A stretch of 64,000 nt of DNA from an uncultured Clostridia bacterium (lineage in GTDB: Bacteria; Bacillota; Dehalobacteriia; UBA4068). The stretch lies in the NCBI GenBank assembly GCA_944390945.1, contig CALXRV010000035.1, forward strand, positions 37,958-101,957. Direction: 5' to 3'. Under the pieces are notes generated by a model. That model saw only the letters and a list, made by a program, of their open reading frames with translations, was not told where the DNA came from and did no database searches. Made by a program: the position numbers and the translations under genes. This document shows, piece after piece, positions 1 through 9,125 of the stretch; positions within the stretch are counted from its first letter, which is position 1, and each line of letters begins with the position of its first letter.

Positions 1-150
1 GGAGATTGCCCGCCGCTGATTTGCGATCCTGGCGCTGCATGCGCTTGCCAGGATATTGTTCGCAGCCGTGGTAACTATGCGCTTCATATTGGATGTCGCA
101 CTCCTGAGAGATAATCTATTAGAGAATAATACAATATGCGATCATATTAT

Positions 151-176
151 AGAGCAGCTGCATCTGCAGCTGCTCT
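151..176. terminator. Palindromic GC-rich hairpin between converging gene ends, a probable bidirectional terminator
   Basis: AGAGCAGCTGCA..TGCAGCTGCTCT inverted repeat followed by GTTCGCTTGTTC. It lies just downstream of the minus-strand lipoprotein gene stop (231). Confidence 0.4.
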
Positions 177-192
177 GTTCGCTTGTTCATCT

Positions 193-232
193 GGAGAATT
201 GATTCTTGAGAATTGATTCTGGAGAATTGATC
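193..232. repeat. Short tandem repeat, about 3 copies of a 14-nt unit (GGAGAATTGATTCT / TGAGAATTGATTCT / GGAGAATTGATC)
   Basis: Direct reading of the sequence. The last copy abuts the stop codon of the 231..638 gene. Confidence 0.8.
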
Positions 233-638
233 AGGCATCCATCTCTAGCGGCGGCGCCGAAGTATCTGCCAGCAGATACCATTCGTTGTCCATGAAGAGA
301 TAGGCGTTGTCGATCGAGAGATAGCTAAACGCATATTCCCCATCATTGATCACAAAAGCATACGCCTCGCCGCCGGCATAAACCTCGTTTGGCGCCTCAC
401 CTGCAGTGAAAGTTACCTGTTCGGGCATTAAGGTTGCTAACCATTCCTGCAGTGACAAAATCTCGTCTGAATTCAATTCGCGAGTCGTTGCAGAGGAATA
501 TACATAATATGTAACCTCTGCACGATAGATCTGTTCGGGAAACATTGCCATCATCGCGGAATCCTCCTGCCGGCTGCAGCCAGTCAGGGAGAAAAGAGCA
601 ATAGCCAACACGCCATAAAATGAAATTACTCTATTCAT
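231..638 (-). CDS. Putative lipoprotein of unknown function
   Basis: An internal Met of ORF 231..785 gives MNRVISFYGVLAIALFSLTGCSRQ, a signal peptide plus LTGC lipobox. A G-rich SD-like stretch lies upstream. Confidence 0.55.
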   Translation of the reverse strand: MNRVISFYGVLAIALFSLTGCSRQEDSAMMAMFPEQIYRAEVTYYVYSSATTRELNSDEILSLQEWLATLMPEQVTFTAGEAPNEVYAGGEAYAFVINDGEYAFSYLSIDNAYLFMDNEWYLLADTSAPPLEMDA

Positions 639-844
639 CAGTTCAGCCCCCCGTTCGAGCATATTTGTTCTTCTTGACGGAAGCGGGGGCAAGAAAGTTC
701 CAGCACACTCGTAGTCTGCTGCCGCATGATTCGGCAAATCCCGGCGGTAAAGATATGGATGCAGGGTGTAGGCAAAATAAAGCACCGCAGGATCTTAGAT
801 CTCCTGCGGTGCTTTTATGCCAGCTAATGCTCACGGCTGCGATA

Positions 845-2272
845 TTACTGCAGCTTTTCCAGCAAAGAAGCGAGCGTTTCAGCAGCATCGCCCAACAACA
901 GGCTAACGCCTTCTTTCCGGCTGTAGAGGGGATTATCCACTCCGGCATAGCCGGGCTTCAGGTCATAATTGCAGATGATTACATGCGCAGCCTGCTCTGC
1001 ATTGAGGACCGGCATACCATAGATTGGCGTTCCCTCTGCCGAACGTGCCGCTGGGTTGACAACGTCGTTTGCGCCAATGATCACCACGGCATCGCAGGTC
1101 GCAAAATCATCGTTGATCTGCTCCATTTCATAAAGCTGTTCATAGGGAACATCTACCTCTGCCAGCAATACGTTCATATGGCCTGGCATACGCCCTGCTA
1201 CCGGATGGATGGCAAAGCGAACTCGTCCGCCGTTTTCTTCCAGACGGTCTGCCAGACGTTTCACCAATTCTTGCGCCTGCGCAAGCGCCATTCCGTAACC
1301 GGGGATGATGATGACATCTTTTGCCGCACGCAAAATTTCCACCGGATCATCAGCAGAAGCTGCTTCCTCCGCAGCATCAGCAGTTTCCTTAGCCGTTCCG
1401 GTTACTTCGGCTGATGTCGTTTCCGTGGCAGCCACTGCAGAATCTGTTCCTGACTGCGAACTGGCGCTAACGCTGGTTTTCCCCAGCAGGATATCACGTA
1501 TGCTGCGGTTCATCGCCCGACACATAATTTGCGTCAGCAAAAGGCCGGATGCGCCGACCACACCGCCGACTGCAACGAGCAGGATATCATTTACCGCCAT
1601 ACCGGCGATCGAACCAGCAACGCCGCTGAACGAGTTGAGCAGGGAAATGGTGATCGGCATATCTGCACCGCCAACGCGAATAGCAAAGGCGATAGCAAAC
1701 AGAATGGAAAACAGCGTGCAAAAAATGATCAGTACTGTCTGCATATCAGGGATTGCAATCAGCATCACAATCAAAATAAGGGATACGACGAGCGAGCCGA
1801 TCGTAATCGCCTGGTGCGCAGTCCAGACCACCGGACGCTGAGCCAAGATACCATGCAGCTTGCCGCCGGCGATCAGGCTACCGACCAGCGTGACGACACC
1901 AATGACCAAAGCCAGGGCTGCAGTAGCACGTGAAAAACCGCCAACAGACAGGCCACTGTAGAAAACAATGATTGCCACAAGGGCAGATGCTGCACCGCCC
2001 AGTCCATTGAACAGAGCAACTACCTGCGGCATCTGAATCATTTTGATTCGATAGGCCCAGATGAGGCCGATCACCAACCCAATGGCAATGCAGATCCAAA
2101 GCAGCCAGTCAGTAAGGATATGATAGTAGAACATCGTGATCAAGATGGCTGCTGCGCTGCAGATGGCAGAAAGACGATTTCCTTTTACTGCGGTTTCCAC
2201 CCGGCTCATCATCGAGATGCCAAACAGGATGCCCAATACCAGGATGGCACAAAGTACATAATAAAGGATCAT
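845..2272 (-). CDS. pntB: NAD(P) transhydrogenase subunit beta
   Basis: Polytopic membrane N-terminus plus a C-terminal dIII-like domain (IIIPGYGMALAQAQ, GRMPGHMNVLLAEV, ANDVVNPAA). 4-nt overlap with the upstream pntA part 2. Confidence 0.9.
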   Translation of the reverse strand: MILYYVLCAILVLGILFGISMMSRVETAVKGNRLSAICSAAAILITMFYYHILTDWLLWICIAIGLVIGLIWAYRIKMIQMPQVVALFNGLGGAASALVAIIVFYSGLSVGGFSRATAALALVIGVVTLVGSLIAGGKLHGILAQRPVVWTAHQAITIGSLVVSLILIVMLIAIPDMQTVLIIFCTLFSILFAIAFAIRVGGADMPITISLLNSFSGVAGSIAGMAVNDILLVAVGGVVGASGLLLTQIMCRAMNRSIRDILLGKTSVSASSQSGTDSAVAATETTSAEVTGTAKETADAAEEAASADDPVEILRAAKDVIIIPGYGMALAQAQELVKRLADRLEENGGRVRFAIHPVAGRMPGHMNVLLAEVDVPYEQLYEMEQINDDFATCDAVVIIGANDVVNPAARSAEGTPIYGMPVLNAEQAAHVIICNYDLKPGYAGVDNPLYSRKEGVSLLLGDAAETLASLLEKLQ

Positions 2273-2571
2273 GCTTCATCGCCCTCCTGTTTTTTACTAT
2301 GGAACATGCTCAACATACGGTTAGTCACACCGAAACCGCCCACCACATTGATCATCGCCAGGATGACGGCGAGCCCCCCCAAAATTCGGGAGCCTGTGTT
2401 CATCGCCATCGCAGTCGCGGTCAGCGCGCCGAGTACCGCCAGGCCAGAAAGCGCATTCATACCGGACATTAGCGGCGTATGTAGCAAGCTGGGCACATTG
2501 CTGATCAGCTTATAGCCGACCAGCGTAGCAATGATAAAAATCAGAATTAAGATGAACGGCATGATTTCCAT
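2269..2571 (-). CDS. pntA: NAD(P) transhydrogenase subunit alpha part 2 (membrane)
   Basis: 100-aa hydrophobic protein (HTPLMSGMNALSG motif) between alpha part 1 and beta, the split-alpha arrangement. Confidence 0.85.
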   Translation of the reverse strand: MEIMPFILILIFIIATLVGYKLISNVPSLLHTPLMSGMNALSGLAVLGALTATAMAMNTGSRILGGLAVILAMINVVGGFGVTNRMLSMFHSKKQEGDEA

Positions 2572-2574
2572 GAA

Positions 2575-3732
2575 TTATAACCTCATCGCCTCTCTGGCAC
2601 CCTGATGAACGATCTCACCGTTGATCGTGGTCAGGATGCCCTTGACAATATCATCGTTGCGATCCAGTTTGATCTCACCCTGTGGGGCAAGATATTTCAG
2701 CAGGTTATAGATATTCTGGGCAAACATCCAGGTGGAACTGGTGGGAAGCATGCCGGGGATGTTTTTGATGCCTTCGATCGTTACTCCATATTCGACGGCT
2801 TGATCACCGAACGGCGTTAATTCGCAGTTACCACCTTGGTCAATCGAAATATCAACGATTACCGAACCAGGCTTCATCGACTGCACCATTTCACGTGTAA
2901 TCAGGATTGGGGCAACTTTGCTGGGAATCAGCGCAGAGCAGAAGACAATATCCATTTCCGGCAGCACGCCAGCCAAAATCTCACGTTCTTTAAGCAGCCA
3001 TTCTTCCGGCAGCTCTTTGGCATATCCGCCTTCGCCAACAGCCGCTTCAGCCGGCACGCCCAATTCAACCAATTTAGCCCCCAGGCTCTTTGCCTGTTCG
3101 GCAGCATCGGGACGGATATCGGCAGCAAAAACCTGTGCGCCGAGACGTTTGGCCGTGGCCAGCGCTTGCAGACCGGCAACGCCTACACCGATGATCAATG
3201 CCTTGACCGGTTTAATCGAACCAACCGCGCAAAAGATTTGCGGCACAAATTTCGGCAAAATATCCGCTGCAATCAAAATTCCTTTATAGCCCGCGCATGT
3301 ACTCATGGAAGTTAGCGCATCCATGCTCTGTGCACGGGTAATACGTGGTACGCCGTCCAGCGTAATTGCCGTAATGCCTTTAGCCGCCAGCAATTTTACC
3401 ATTTCATGATTGACCGGAGATGCCGGATGGATGAAAGTGATCAGATATTGGCCGGCATGCATCATATCCACCTCGTGCATACCTTTTTCTTCGTTAAACA
3501 ATGGTTCCTTTACCTTAAGGATTACGTCAGCACGTTGGTAAAGCACTGCAGCATCGGCGAGAATTTCAGCTCCAGCCGCGGCATATTCCGCATCAGTAAA
3601 AAAGGCGCCGGCACCAGCATTCGTTTCTACAAGAACCGTAGCTCCATCCTGTACCATTTTCGCCACAGTTTCCGGCGTAGCGGATACCCGTCCTTCACCA
3701 TGCATGATTTCTTTCGGAACACCGATGATCAT
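2575..3732 (-). CDS. pntA: NAD(P) transhydrogenase subunit alpha part 1 (alanine dehydrogenase-like dI domain)
   Basis: MIIGVPKEI...GRVSATPE N-terminus, Rossmann GVGVAGLQA motif, strong AAGGAGG RBS. Confidence 0.9.
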   Translation of the reverse strand: MIIGVPKEIMHGEGRVSATPETVAKMVQDGATVLVETNAGAGAFFTDAEYAAAGAEILADAAVLYQRADVILKVKEPLFNEEKGMHEVDMMHAGQYLITFIHPASPVNHEMVKLLAAKGITAITLDGVPRITRAQSMDALTSMSTCAGYKGILIAADILPKFVPQIFCAVGSIKPVKALIIGVGVAGLQALATAKRLGAQVFAADIRPDAAEQAKSLGAKLVELGVPAEAAVGEGGYAKELPEEWLLKEREILAGVLPEMDIVFCSALIPSKVAPILITREMVQSMKPGSVIVDISIDQGGNCELTPFGDQAVEYGVTIEGIKNIPGMLPTSSTWMFAQNIYNLLKYLAPQGEIKLDRNDDIVKGILTTINGEIVHQGAREAMRL

Positions 3733-3820
3733 TATTACCTGCCTCCTTAAATATTTTCCTTCAGAAACTCCATCATGATAATGATAAATGGCATAATGAT
3801 TAAGTACGCTATGATTGGGA

Positions 3821-4315
3821 TTAGATATGTGCTGAAAAATCGTTTTTGATGGTCGATAAAACGACCTGCGTTTTTGTTCTGGCTACGCCAGGTACATTTT
3901 TGATATCCTTGATGACCTGCTCCAGTGCATTGGTACTATCCGTATGAACAACCAGATAAAAATCATATTCGCCGGTAACATAGTGGCAGCAGGTCACCGG
4001 AGCATACTGCTTAATGAACTGAATGAATTCGTCCATATGCCGCGGTGATTCGATCGCCACAGAAATATACGCAATCACCCCCTGACCGAGCTGATCCATA
4101 TCCAACACAACTGTATATTGCCGGATGATGCCGGCATTTTCCAGCTTGCGGATACGTTCGATAACTGCGGAAACCGACATATTCACTTTTTCTCCAATAA
4201 CGGAAGCGTTCTCCCGTGCATTGGCTCGCAGACATTGCAAAATTTTGCGATCAGTAGCGTCCATATATCCCTCAAGCGTATTGCATGCATCGTATAATTT
4301 ATTGTAGAATAGCAT
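3821..4315 (-). CDS. Lrp/AsnC-family transcriptional regulator (start ambiguous, may be the internal Met at 4264)
   Basis: MDATDRKILQCLRANARENASVIGEKVNMSVSAVIERIRKLE HTH region plus a C-terminal RAM/AsnC_trans_reg-like domain. Confidence 0.85.
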   Translation of the reverse strand: MLFYNKLYDACNTLEGYMDATDRKILQCLRANARENASVIGEKVNMSVSAVIERIRKLENAGIIRQYTVVLDMDQLGQGVIAYISVAIESPRHMDEFIQFIKQYAPVTCCHYVTGEYDFYLVVHTDSTNALEQVIKDIKNVPGVARTKTQVVLSTIKNDFSAHI

Positions 4316-4479
4316 TTCTCACCGGAATTCGCAAATAAATCATGAAAATTTAAGTAAATATTTTTTTGTTTCCAGAAAAAACCGAAAAAATTTTGTGCTC
4401 TTGGCGGAATGACATTAAATATGTTTTGTTGCTGCCTCTGTCCGGAATAATTAGAATAGCTCCTGTATGAATATTTCGC

Positions 4480-4508
4480 TTGACAGAGAATGTTTTCAGC
4501 ATTAATAT
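4480..4508 (+). promoter_or_regulatory. Sigma-A type promoter for the OPT transporter gene
   Basis: TTGACA, a 17-nt spacer, then TAATAT, about 120 nt upstream of the ATG at 4630. It sits in the AT-rich divergent region shared with the Lrp-family gene. Confidence 0.5.
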
Positions 4509-4629
4509 TACAAAATAGCCATTTATCTATGCGCAGCTCTGCATAGGTCGGTTGCTATGTTTAGATACATTTCAGGTTTCCGCGGCGATGTATTTCATGG
4601 CTTTCATCGTTTGCGCAGAGGAGGATTCC

Positions 4630-6282
4630 ATGCAAAAAAACATGACAGAAAATACAGAGACCCCTGCAGTTCCATTCCGTTCGCAGTTAACGTTGCGTGG
4701 CATGCTGATTGGCGCAATAGGCTCGGTGATTCTTACCACCAGTTCAATGTATGTGGCACTGACGTTGGGCGCATTGCCTTGGCCGATCATTTTTGTTGCG
4801 ATGGTCTCGATGTTCTCGCTTAAGCTGCTCGGGCACAGCAATCTGAACGAGATGAATGTCACCCATACTGCAATGTCAGCAGGCGCGATGGTGGCCGGCG
4901 GGATAGCGTTTACCATTCCCGGATTATGGATGCTGAATCCAGAAGCAACAATTTCTGCCGGCTATCTGCTGCTGATTGCAGTTGGTGGAGTTATTTTAGG
5001 CCTGATTTTTACTGCACTGCTGCGCAAATACTTTATTGTCACGCGTAAACTGTCCTATCCGATGGGGATTGCCGCCGCAGAAACATTGCAGGTTGGGGAT
5101 GCCGGTGGCAAAAAATCATGCCTGCTTTTTTCATCGATGGGTTTTGCTGGCTTGTTTACCGTTTGCCGTGACGCGCTGGCCTGGATTCCTAATATGCTGT
5201 TCAGCAATGTTGCGCTGCCCGGGATTACCTTTGGCATCTGGGCCTCGCCGATGATGATCAGCGTTGGCTATATTTTGGGGCCACTCGCCATTTATGCCTG
5301 GTTTGGTGGCGCACTGATCGGTGATTTCGGCGTGGTACTGGCCGGACCTGCGCTGGGGTTGTGGGATGCGGCGACTGCCGCCAACATTAAAACAAGCCTG
5401 GGCATTGGCGTGATGGTTGGAACTGGCGTCGGCATCATTTGTAAGAGCATTTTGCCGCAGGCAAAAGAGATCTTTTCCCCCATGTTCAAGCGGAATGGGG
5501 CAGGCGATGCGCCGGTCAGTCTGCGCTGGGCGCCTTGGGCGATGCTGCTGCTTGTCGTCGTCTTTACGTTAATTGCGGATATCAAATTACAGGCCAGTAT
5601 CATCATTATCATCGGGGCTTGGCTGGCCACCTCGATGTCCGCGCTGATCGTTGGCCAATCCGGCATCAATCCGATGGAGATCTTTGGCGTGATCATCCTC
5701 CTGTTAGCAAGGTTGGCCGGGGAAGACGGCATGGTACAGATGTTCGCTATTGCGGCAATCATTGCAGTTGCCTGCGGTCTGACTGGCGATGTAATGAATG
5801 ATTTCAAGGCGGGATTCTTGCTCAAAAGCTCGCCAAAAGCGCAATGGTGCGCAGAGGCGATTGGCGCATTGATCGGCGCTGTCGTTTCCGCCCTTGTTTT
5901 GCTGCTGCTGGTAAAAGCATACGGCACAGGCGCTTTTGGTCTGGAAGGGCGCTTTGTGGCACCACAAGCTGGGGTTGTTTCTGCAATGGTCGGTGGCATA
6001 CCACACCAAGTTTCTTTCTGGATCGGATTAGCAGCAGGCGCTTTGCTCTATCTGTGCAATGTGCCAGTGATGACGCTGGGGCTTGGTATTTATCTGCCAT
6101 TCTACCTTTCGCTTACTGTTTTTCTGGGCGGTCTGTGCAAGCTTGTGCTTGATAAAGTTTGTCCGCGTTTGGACCAGAACGGCAACGGCTTGATCCTTGC
6201 GTCCGGGTTGCTTGGCGGAGAAGCTGTTGTCGGCGTGATCATCGCGCTGGTTCAGGTTGCCGGTGGATTGGCCGCATTATAA
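4630..6282 (+). CDS. OPT-family oligopeptide transporter
   Basis: Roughly 550-aa polytopic membrane protein with an OPT-like N-terminus (RSQLTLRGMLIGAIGSVILTTSSMYVALTLG). GAGGAGG RBS before the ATG at 4630. Confidence 0.8.
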   Translation: MQKNMTENTETPAVPFRSQLTLRGMLIGAIGSVILTTSSMYVALTLGALPWPIIFVAMVSMFSLKLLGHSNLNEMNVTHTAMSAGAMVAGGIAFTIPGLWMLNPEATISAGYLLLIAVGGVILGLIFTALLRKYFIVTRKLSYPMGIAAAETLQVGDAGGKKSCLLFSSMGFAGLFTVCRDALAWIPNMLFSNVALPGITFGIWASPMMISVGYILGPLAIYAWFGGALIGDFGVVLAGPALGLWDAATAANIKTSLGIGVMVGTGVGIICKSILPQAKEIFSPMFKRNGAGDAPVSLRWAPWAMLLLVVVFTLIADIKLQASIIIIIGAWLATSMSALIVGQSGINPMEIFGVIILLLARLAGEDGMVQMFAIAAIIAVACGLTGDVMNDFKAGFLLKSSPKAQWCAEAIGALIGAVVSALVLLLLVKAYGTGAFGLEGRFVAPQAGVVSAMVGGIPHQVSFWIGLAAGALLYLCNVPVMTLGLGIYLPFYLSLTVFLGGLCKLVLDKVCPRLDQNGNGLILASGLLGGEAVVGVIIALVQVAGGLAAL

Positions 6283-6317
6283 ATAACCTGCGGTAAGGCT
6301 GAGAAAGGTGATATATC

Positions 6318-7313
6318 ATGCAAACCATGCGATCGCTAGAGGAAATCGATATTCGTGAGTTAAACGGGTTTTTGATTGGTCATGCATCGGATGCTGCTGC
6401 AGCGACAGGCTGTACAGTCATCTTGTCACACGCCGGTGCCACCGCTGGCGTCGATGTGCGTGGTGGTGGTCCAGCCAGTCGGGAACTTGCATTATTGGAA
6501 CCGCATAATATGATTCAGGCCATTCATGCAGTACTGCTGGCTGGTGGCAGTGCTTATGGTCTTGATGCAGCAGCAGGTGTGATGGCATATCTTGAGGAGC
6601 AGGATTGTGGTTTCGATGTAGGCTGTGGTAAGGTACCAATCGTTTGCGGTGCAGCCTTATTTGACCTGCAAGTTGGGGAAAGTTCGCTACGTCCGAATAA
6701 AGAGATGGGATATGCGGCATGTCTTGATGCGGCAAGCGGTCTGCATGCGGCGGAAAACGGAAATATCGGCGCGGGAACCGGCGCTACGGTGGGCAAGCTT
6801 GCAGGGCCTGCACGAAGTTGTAAGAGTGGCCTTGGCTGCTATGCGGTTCGCTATGGGGCATTACAGGTCGCTGCAGTCATAGCCGTCAATGCTTTGGGCG
6901 ATATTTATGATCTGCAAAGTGGGCGTATCATTGCTGGATTGCGCAGTGTAGATGGACGCACGCTGGCAAACAGCGGCGATGCTATGCTCTCCGTTGCTGG
7001 TACAACAGCGGCCAGCAATCCATTTACTACGAATACGACGATCGGCTGCATTTTGACCAATGCAAAATTAAGCAAACCCGAGGCGCATAAGGTTGCATGT
7101 GTGGCACATGATGGTATTGCACGGGTGATTTTTCCTGTTCATACTCAGGCGGATGGCGATACGATGTTTTGTTTGGCAGACGGCAAGAGTGAAGCACCGG
7201 TTGATCTTGTTGCCAGTATTGCTGCGGAGGTGACTTCGCGTGCGATCATGCATGCAGTTCGGGCGGCCAAGCCTGCTTATGGCTTGCCGGCTGCCTGTAG
7301 CTTTCCGGACTGA
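6318..7313 (+). CDS. P1/S58 (DmpA-type) aminopeptidase family protein
   Basis: GFLIGHASD, TGCTVIL, GVDVRGGGPASRE and NTTIGCILTNAKL motifs typical of Ntn-type DmpA/BapA peptidases. Confidence 0.8.
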   Translation: MQTMRSLEEIDIRELNGFLIGHASDAAAATGCTVILSHAGATAGVDVRGGGPASRELALLEPHNMIQAIHAVLLAGGSAYGLDAAAGVMAYLEEQDCGFDVGCGKVPIVCGAALFDLQVGESSLRPNKEMGYAACLDAASGLHAAENGNIGAGTGATVGKLAGPARSCKSGLGCYAVRYGALQVAAVIAVNALGDIYDLQSGRIIAGLRSVDGRTLANSGDAMLSVAGTTAASNPFTTNTTIGCILTNAKLSKPEAHKVACVAHDGIARVIFPVHTQADGDTMFCLADGKSEAPVDLVASIAAEVTSRAIMHAVRAAKPAYGLPAACSFPD

Positions 7314-7377
7314 GCGCTTAGCGTCGGCGCCAAAAGCCCCGAATGTCTAGCAGGGCAATAACGGGTTCTGTGCAGCA

Positions 7378-7405
7378 CAGCTGCAGCCAGATCCGTCTGC
7401 AGCTG
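7378..7405 (+). other. 9-bp perfect hairpin (CAGCTGCAG / CTGCAGCTG) within the leader of the CDF gene
   Basis: Direct reading. No T-run follows. It is part of a roughly 175-nt untranslated region. Confidence 0.5.
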
Positions 7406-7491
7406 CTCTTCCACCAAGCGCACGCAGTACCTTCGGTATGGGCACTGTTCATGTGTTGCCTATTTTGCTGAGGGCAGAAAGTGAGGATATC

Positions 7492-8670
7492 ATGATCTCA
7501 TTATTGGCACGATTTTTCATTCCGGAACATCAGCATCCGGAAAAACCGCATGTGCGGCGTGCTTATGGCATATTATGCAGCGTGATGGGTATCGCACTGA
7601 ACATCCTGCTGTTTGCAGGCAAATATATCGCCGGCTGGCTAAGTAGTTCGATCGCCATTACGGTTGATGCGTTCAACAACCTGTCGGATGCTGGATCTTC
7701 TCTGATTACGCTGATCGGGTTCCGCTTTGCCGGGAAAAAGCCGGACCCGGAGCATCCCTTTGGACATGGCCGAATTGAATATCTTTCCGGACTTGCCGTT
7801 GCCATGTTGATTATTCTGATGGGTGTAGAACTATTCAAATCATCACTGGATAAAATTCTGCATCCCTCGCCAACCGAAACCGGCCCACTGGCAATTGCGA
7901 TTTTGCTCGTCTCGATTGCGGTCAAATTATATATGTTTTATTTCAACCGCAGACTCGGACGAAAGCTCAATTCTTCCGCGATGCAGGCGACGGCTACCGA
8001 TAGTTTGAGTGATGCGACTGCAACAGCAGTCGTACTGCTTTCCCTCTTGATCACGTATCTCACCGACTGGAATGCTGACGGCTGGTGCGGCATGCTCGTT
8101 GCGCTATTCATCCTCTATGCTGGCATTACAACGGTAAAAGAAACGATATCACCGCTGCTCGGGCAGCCTCCGGACCCGGAGGTAATTCAGCAGGTGGAGC
8201 AGATTGTGCTATCACACCCTGAGATTATCGGAATTCATGATCTGGTTGTGCATGATTATGGCCCTGGCCGGTTGATGATCTCCCTGCATGGCGAGGTGGC
8301 AAATGACGGTGATATCAATTTGCTGCATGATACGATCGATCAGGCAGAAACCGAACTGAATGAAGCGCTGAATTGTGAATCCGTTATTCATATGGATCCG
8401 ATCGCAGTTGATGATGCTGCGGTTGAGGCGATGCGGGCAAAGGTCGTATCGCTGATCCAGACATTGGATGCCGGAATCTCAATCCATGACTTTCGTATGA
8501 CAGACAGTCAGGCGCATCGCAAGCTGATCTTTGATGCCGTTGTCCCACATCGTTTCCCAGGCGGTGCCGATACTGCGCATCAGCAGATTATCGCTCTGGT
8601 GGAATCAAATATGGAAAACTGCAGCGCCGTGGTTAGGATCGATCGTCCATATGCACAACCGAACCATTAA
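7492..8670 (+). CDS. Cation diffusion facilitator (CDF) family metal efflux transporter
   Basis: Six-TM N-terminal domain with DAFNNLSD and HPFGHGRIE motifs and a C-terminal cytoplasmic domain. GAGGA RBS before the ATG at 7492. Confidence 0.85.
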   Translation: MISLLARFFIPEHQHPEKPHVRRAYGILCSVMGIALNILLFAGKYIAGWLSSSIAITVDAFNNLSDAGSSLITLIGFRFAGKKPDPEHPFGHGRIEYLSGLAVAMLIILMGVELFKSSLDKILHPSPTETGPLAIAILLVSIAVKLYMFYFNRRLGRKLNSSAMQATATDSLSDATATAVVLLSLLITYLTDWNADGWCGMLVALFILYAGITTVKETISPLLGQPPDPEVIQQVEQIVLSHPEIIGIHDLVVHDYGPGRLMISLHGEVANDGDINLLHDTIDQAETELNEALNCESVIHMDPIAVDDAAVEAMRAKVVSLIQTLDAGISIHDFRMTDSQAHRKLIFDAVVPHRFPGGADTAHQQIIALVESNMENCSAVVRIDRPYAQPNH

Positions 8671-8718
8671 GCTGTGGGCTGTTGACAAAATAATGACGGC
8701 GGACTTTTGGGATTTAAC

Positions 8719-8747
8719 TTGACAAACAGGAAGATTGCTGATATAGT
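8719..8747 (+). promoter_or_regulatory. Near-consensus sigma-A promoter
   Basis: TTGACA, a 17-nt spacer, then TATAGT, about 25 nt upstream of the GGAG RBS of the small ORF at 8774. Confidence 0.6.
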
Positions 8748-8773
8748 TAAAACAATATTTTCTGGAGATTATT

Positions 8774-9052
8774 GTGATGTACACAGCATTTTTGCAGCAA
8801 GAACAACATGAAGAAGCGATGCGCGCCCAGACAGGTTTTGGCGCTTTTTGTCGTGCCTGCATGCAGGACAAGTACATAGCAGAAGTTACAGGACATACCT
8901 TTGCCGTATGTCCTATTATTTTGCTGTCTGTTTTGATCGTAGTAGCTGTAGTAAACGTCGCGCTGCTGGCGCTGGCGCTTATTTTGCTCGTACTTGTTGC
9001 GAGCGTAGCCGATAATCAAATCACTTTCGAAACGAAGCCTGTGCTCCATTAG
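8774..9052 (+). CDS. Small (about 91-aa) membrane protein of unknown function
   Basis: Has its own promoter, a GGAG RBS and GTG/ATG starts. Soluble N-terminus (contains CRAC) followed by a roughly 35-residue hydrophobic stretch (VCPIILLSVLIVVAVVNVALLALALILLVLVASV). A strong terminator follows. Confidence 0.5.
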   Translation: MMYTAFLQQEQHEEAMRAQTGFGAFCRACMQDKYIAEVTGHTFAVCPIILLSVLIVVAVVNVALLALALILLVLVASVADNQITFETKPVLH

Positions 9053-9073
9053 GATAGAAATTGTGGTGGATTC

Positions 9074-9103
9074 AGCTCCGTTCCGACGAACGGAGCTTTT
9101 TTT
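9074..9103 (+). terminator. Rho-independent terminator
   Basis: 10-bp stem AGCTCCGTTC/GAACGGAGCT, 4-nt loop, then a T7 run. It ends about 22 nt before the ATG of the next gene. Confidence 0.75.
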
Positions 9104-9125
9104 CGAGGGAGAAGGTTGAACAAGC

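Noticed and set aside
1-114. Edge fragments: a plus-strand frame ending ...CACQDIVRSRGNYALHIGCRTPER* at about 111, or a minus-strand ORF starting at about 87 (MKRIVTTAANNILASACS...)
   Set aside because: Both are under 40 codons and truncated by the window edge, and they are mutually exclusive. The evidence is insufficient to choose between them or to name a product.
620-1414. Other long antisense or overlapping ORFs in the track (for example 620..1414, 5292..5999, 9072..9704, 17118..17786, 21239..21931, 36630..37472, 40762..41529, 54313..54957, 56473..57180, 58356..59309, 60078..60605)
   Set aside because: Each lies opposite to, or out of frame within, a gene with clear family motifs, lacks its own translation signals, and shows shadow-ORF composition. 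None was called.
3733-4629. Possible regulatory link between the Lrp-family gene, pntAB and the OPT/DmpA peptide-uptake genes
   Set aside because: The link is plausible. Lrp-type regulators respond to amino acids, and Lrp is reported to influence pntAB in E. coli. But I could not identify convincing Lrp binding sites in the AT-rich spacer, so it is adjacency only.
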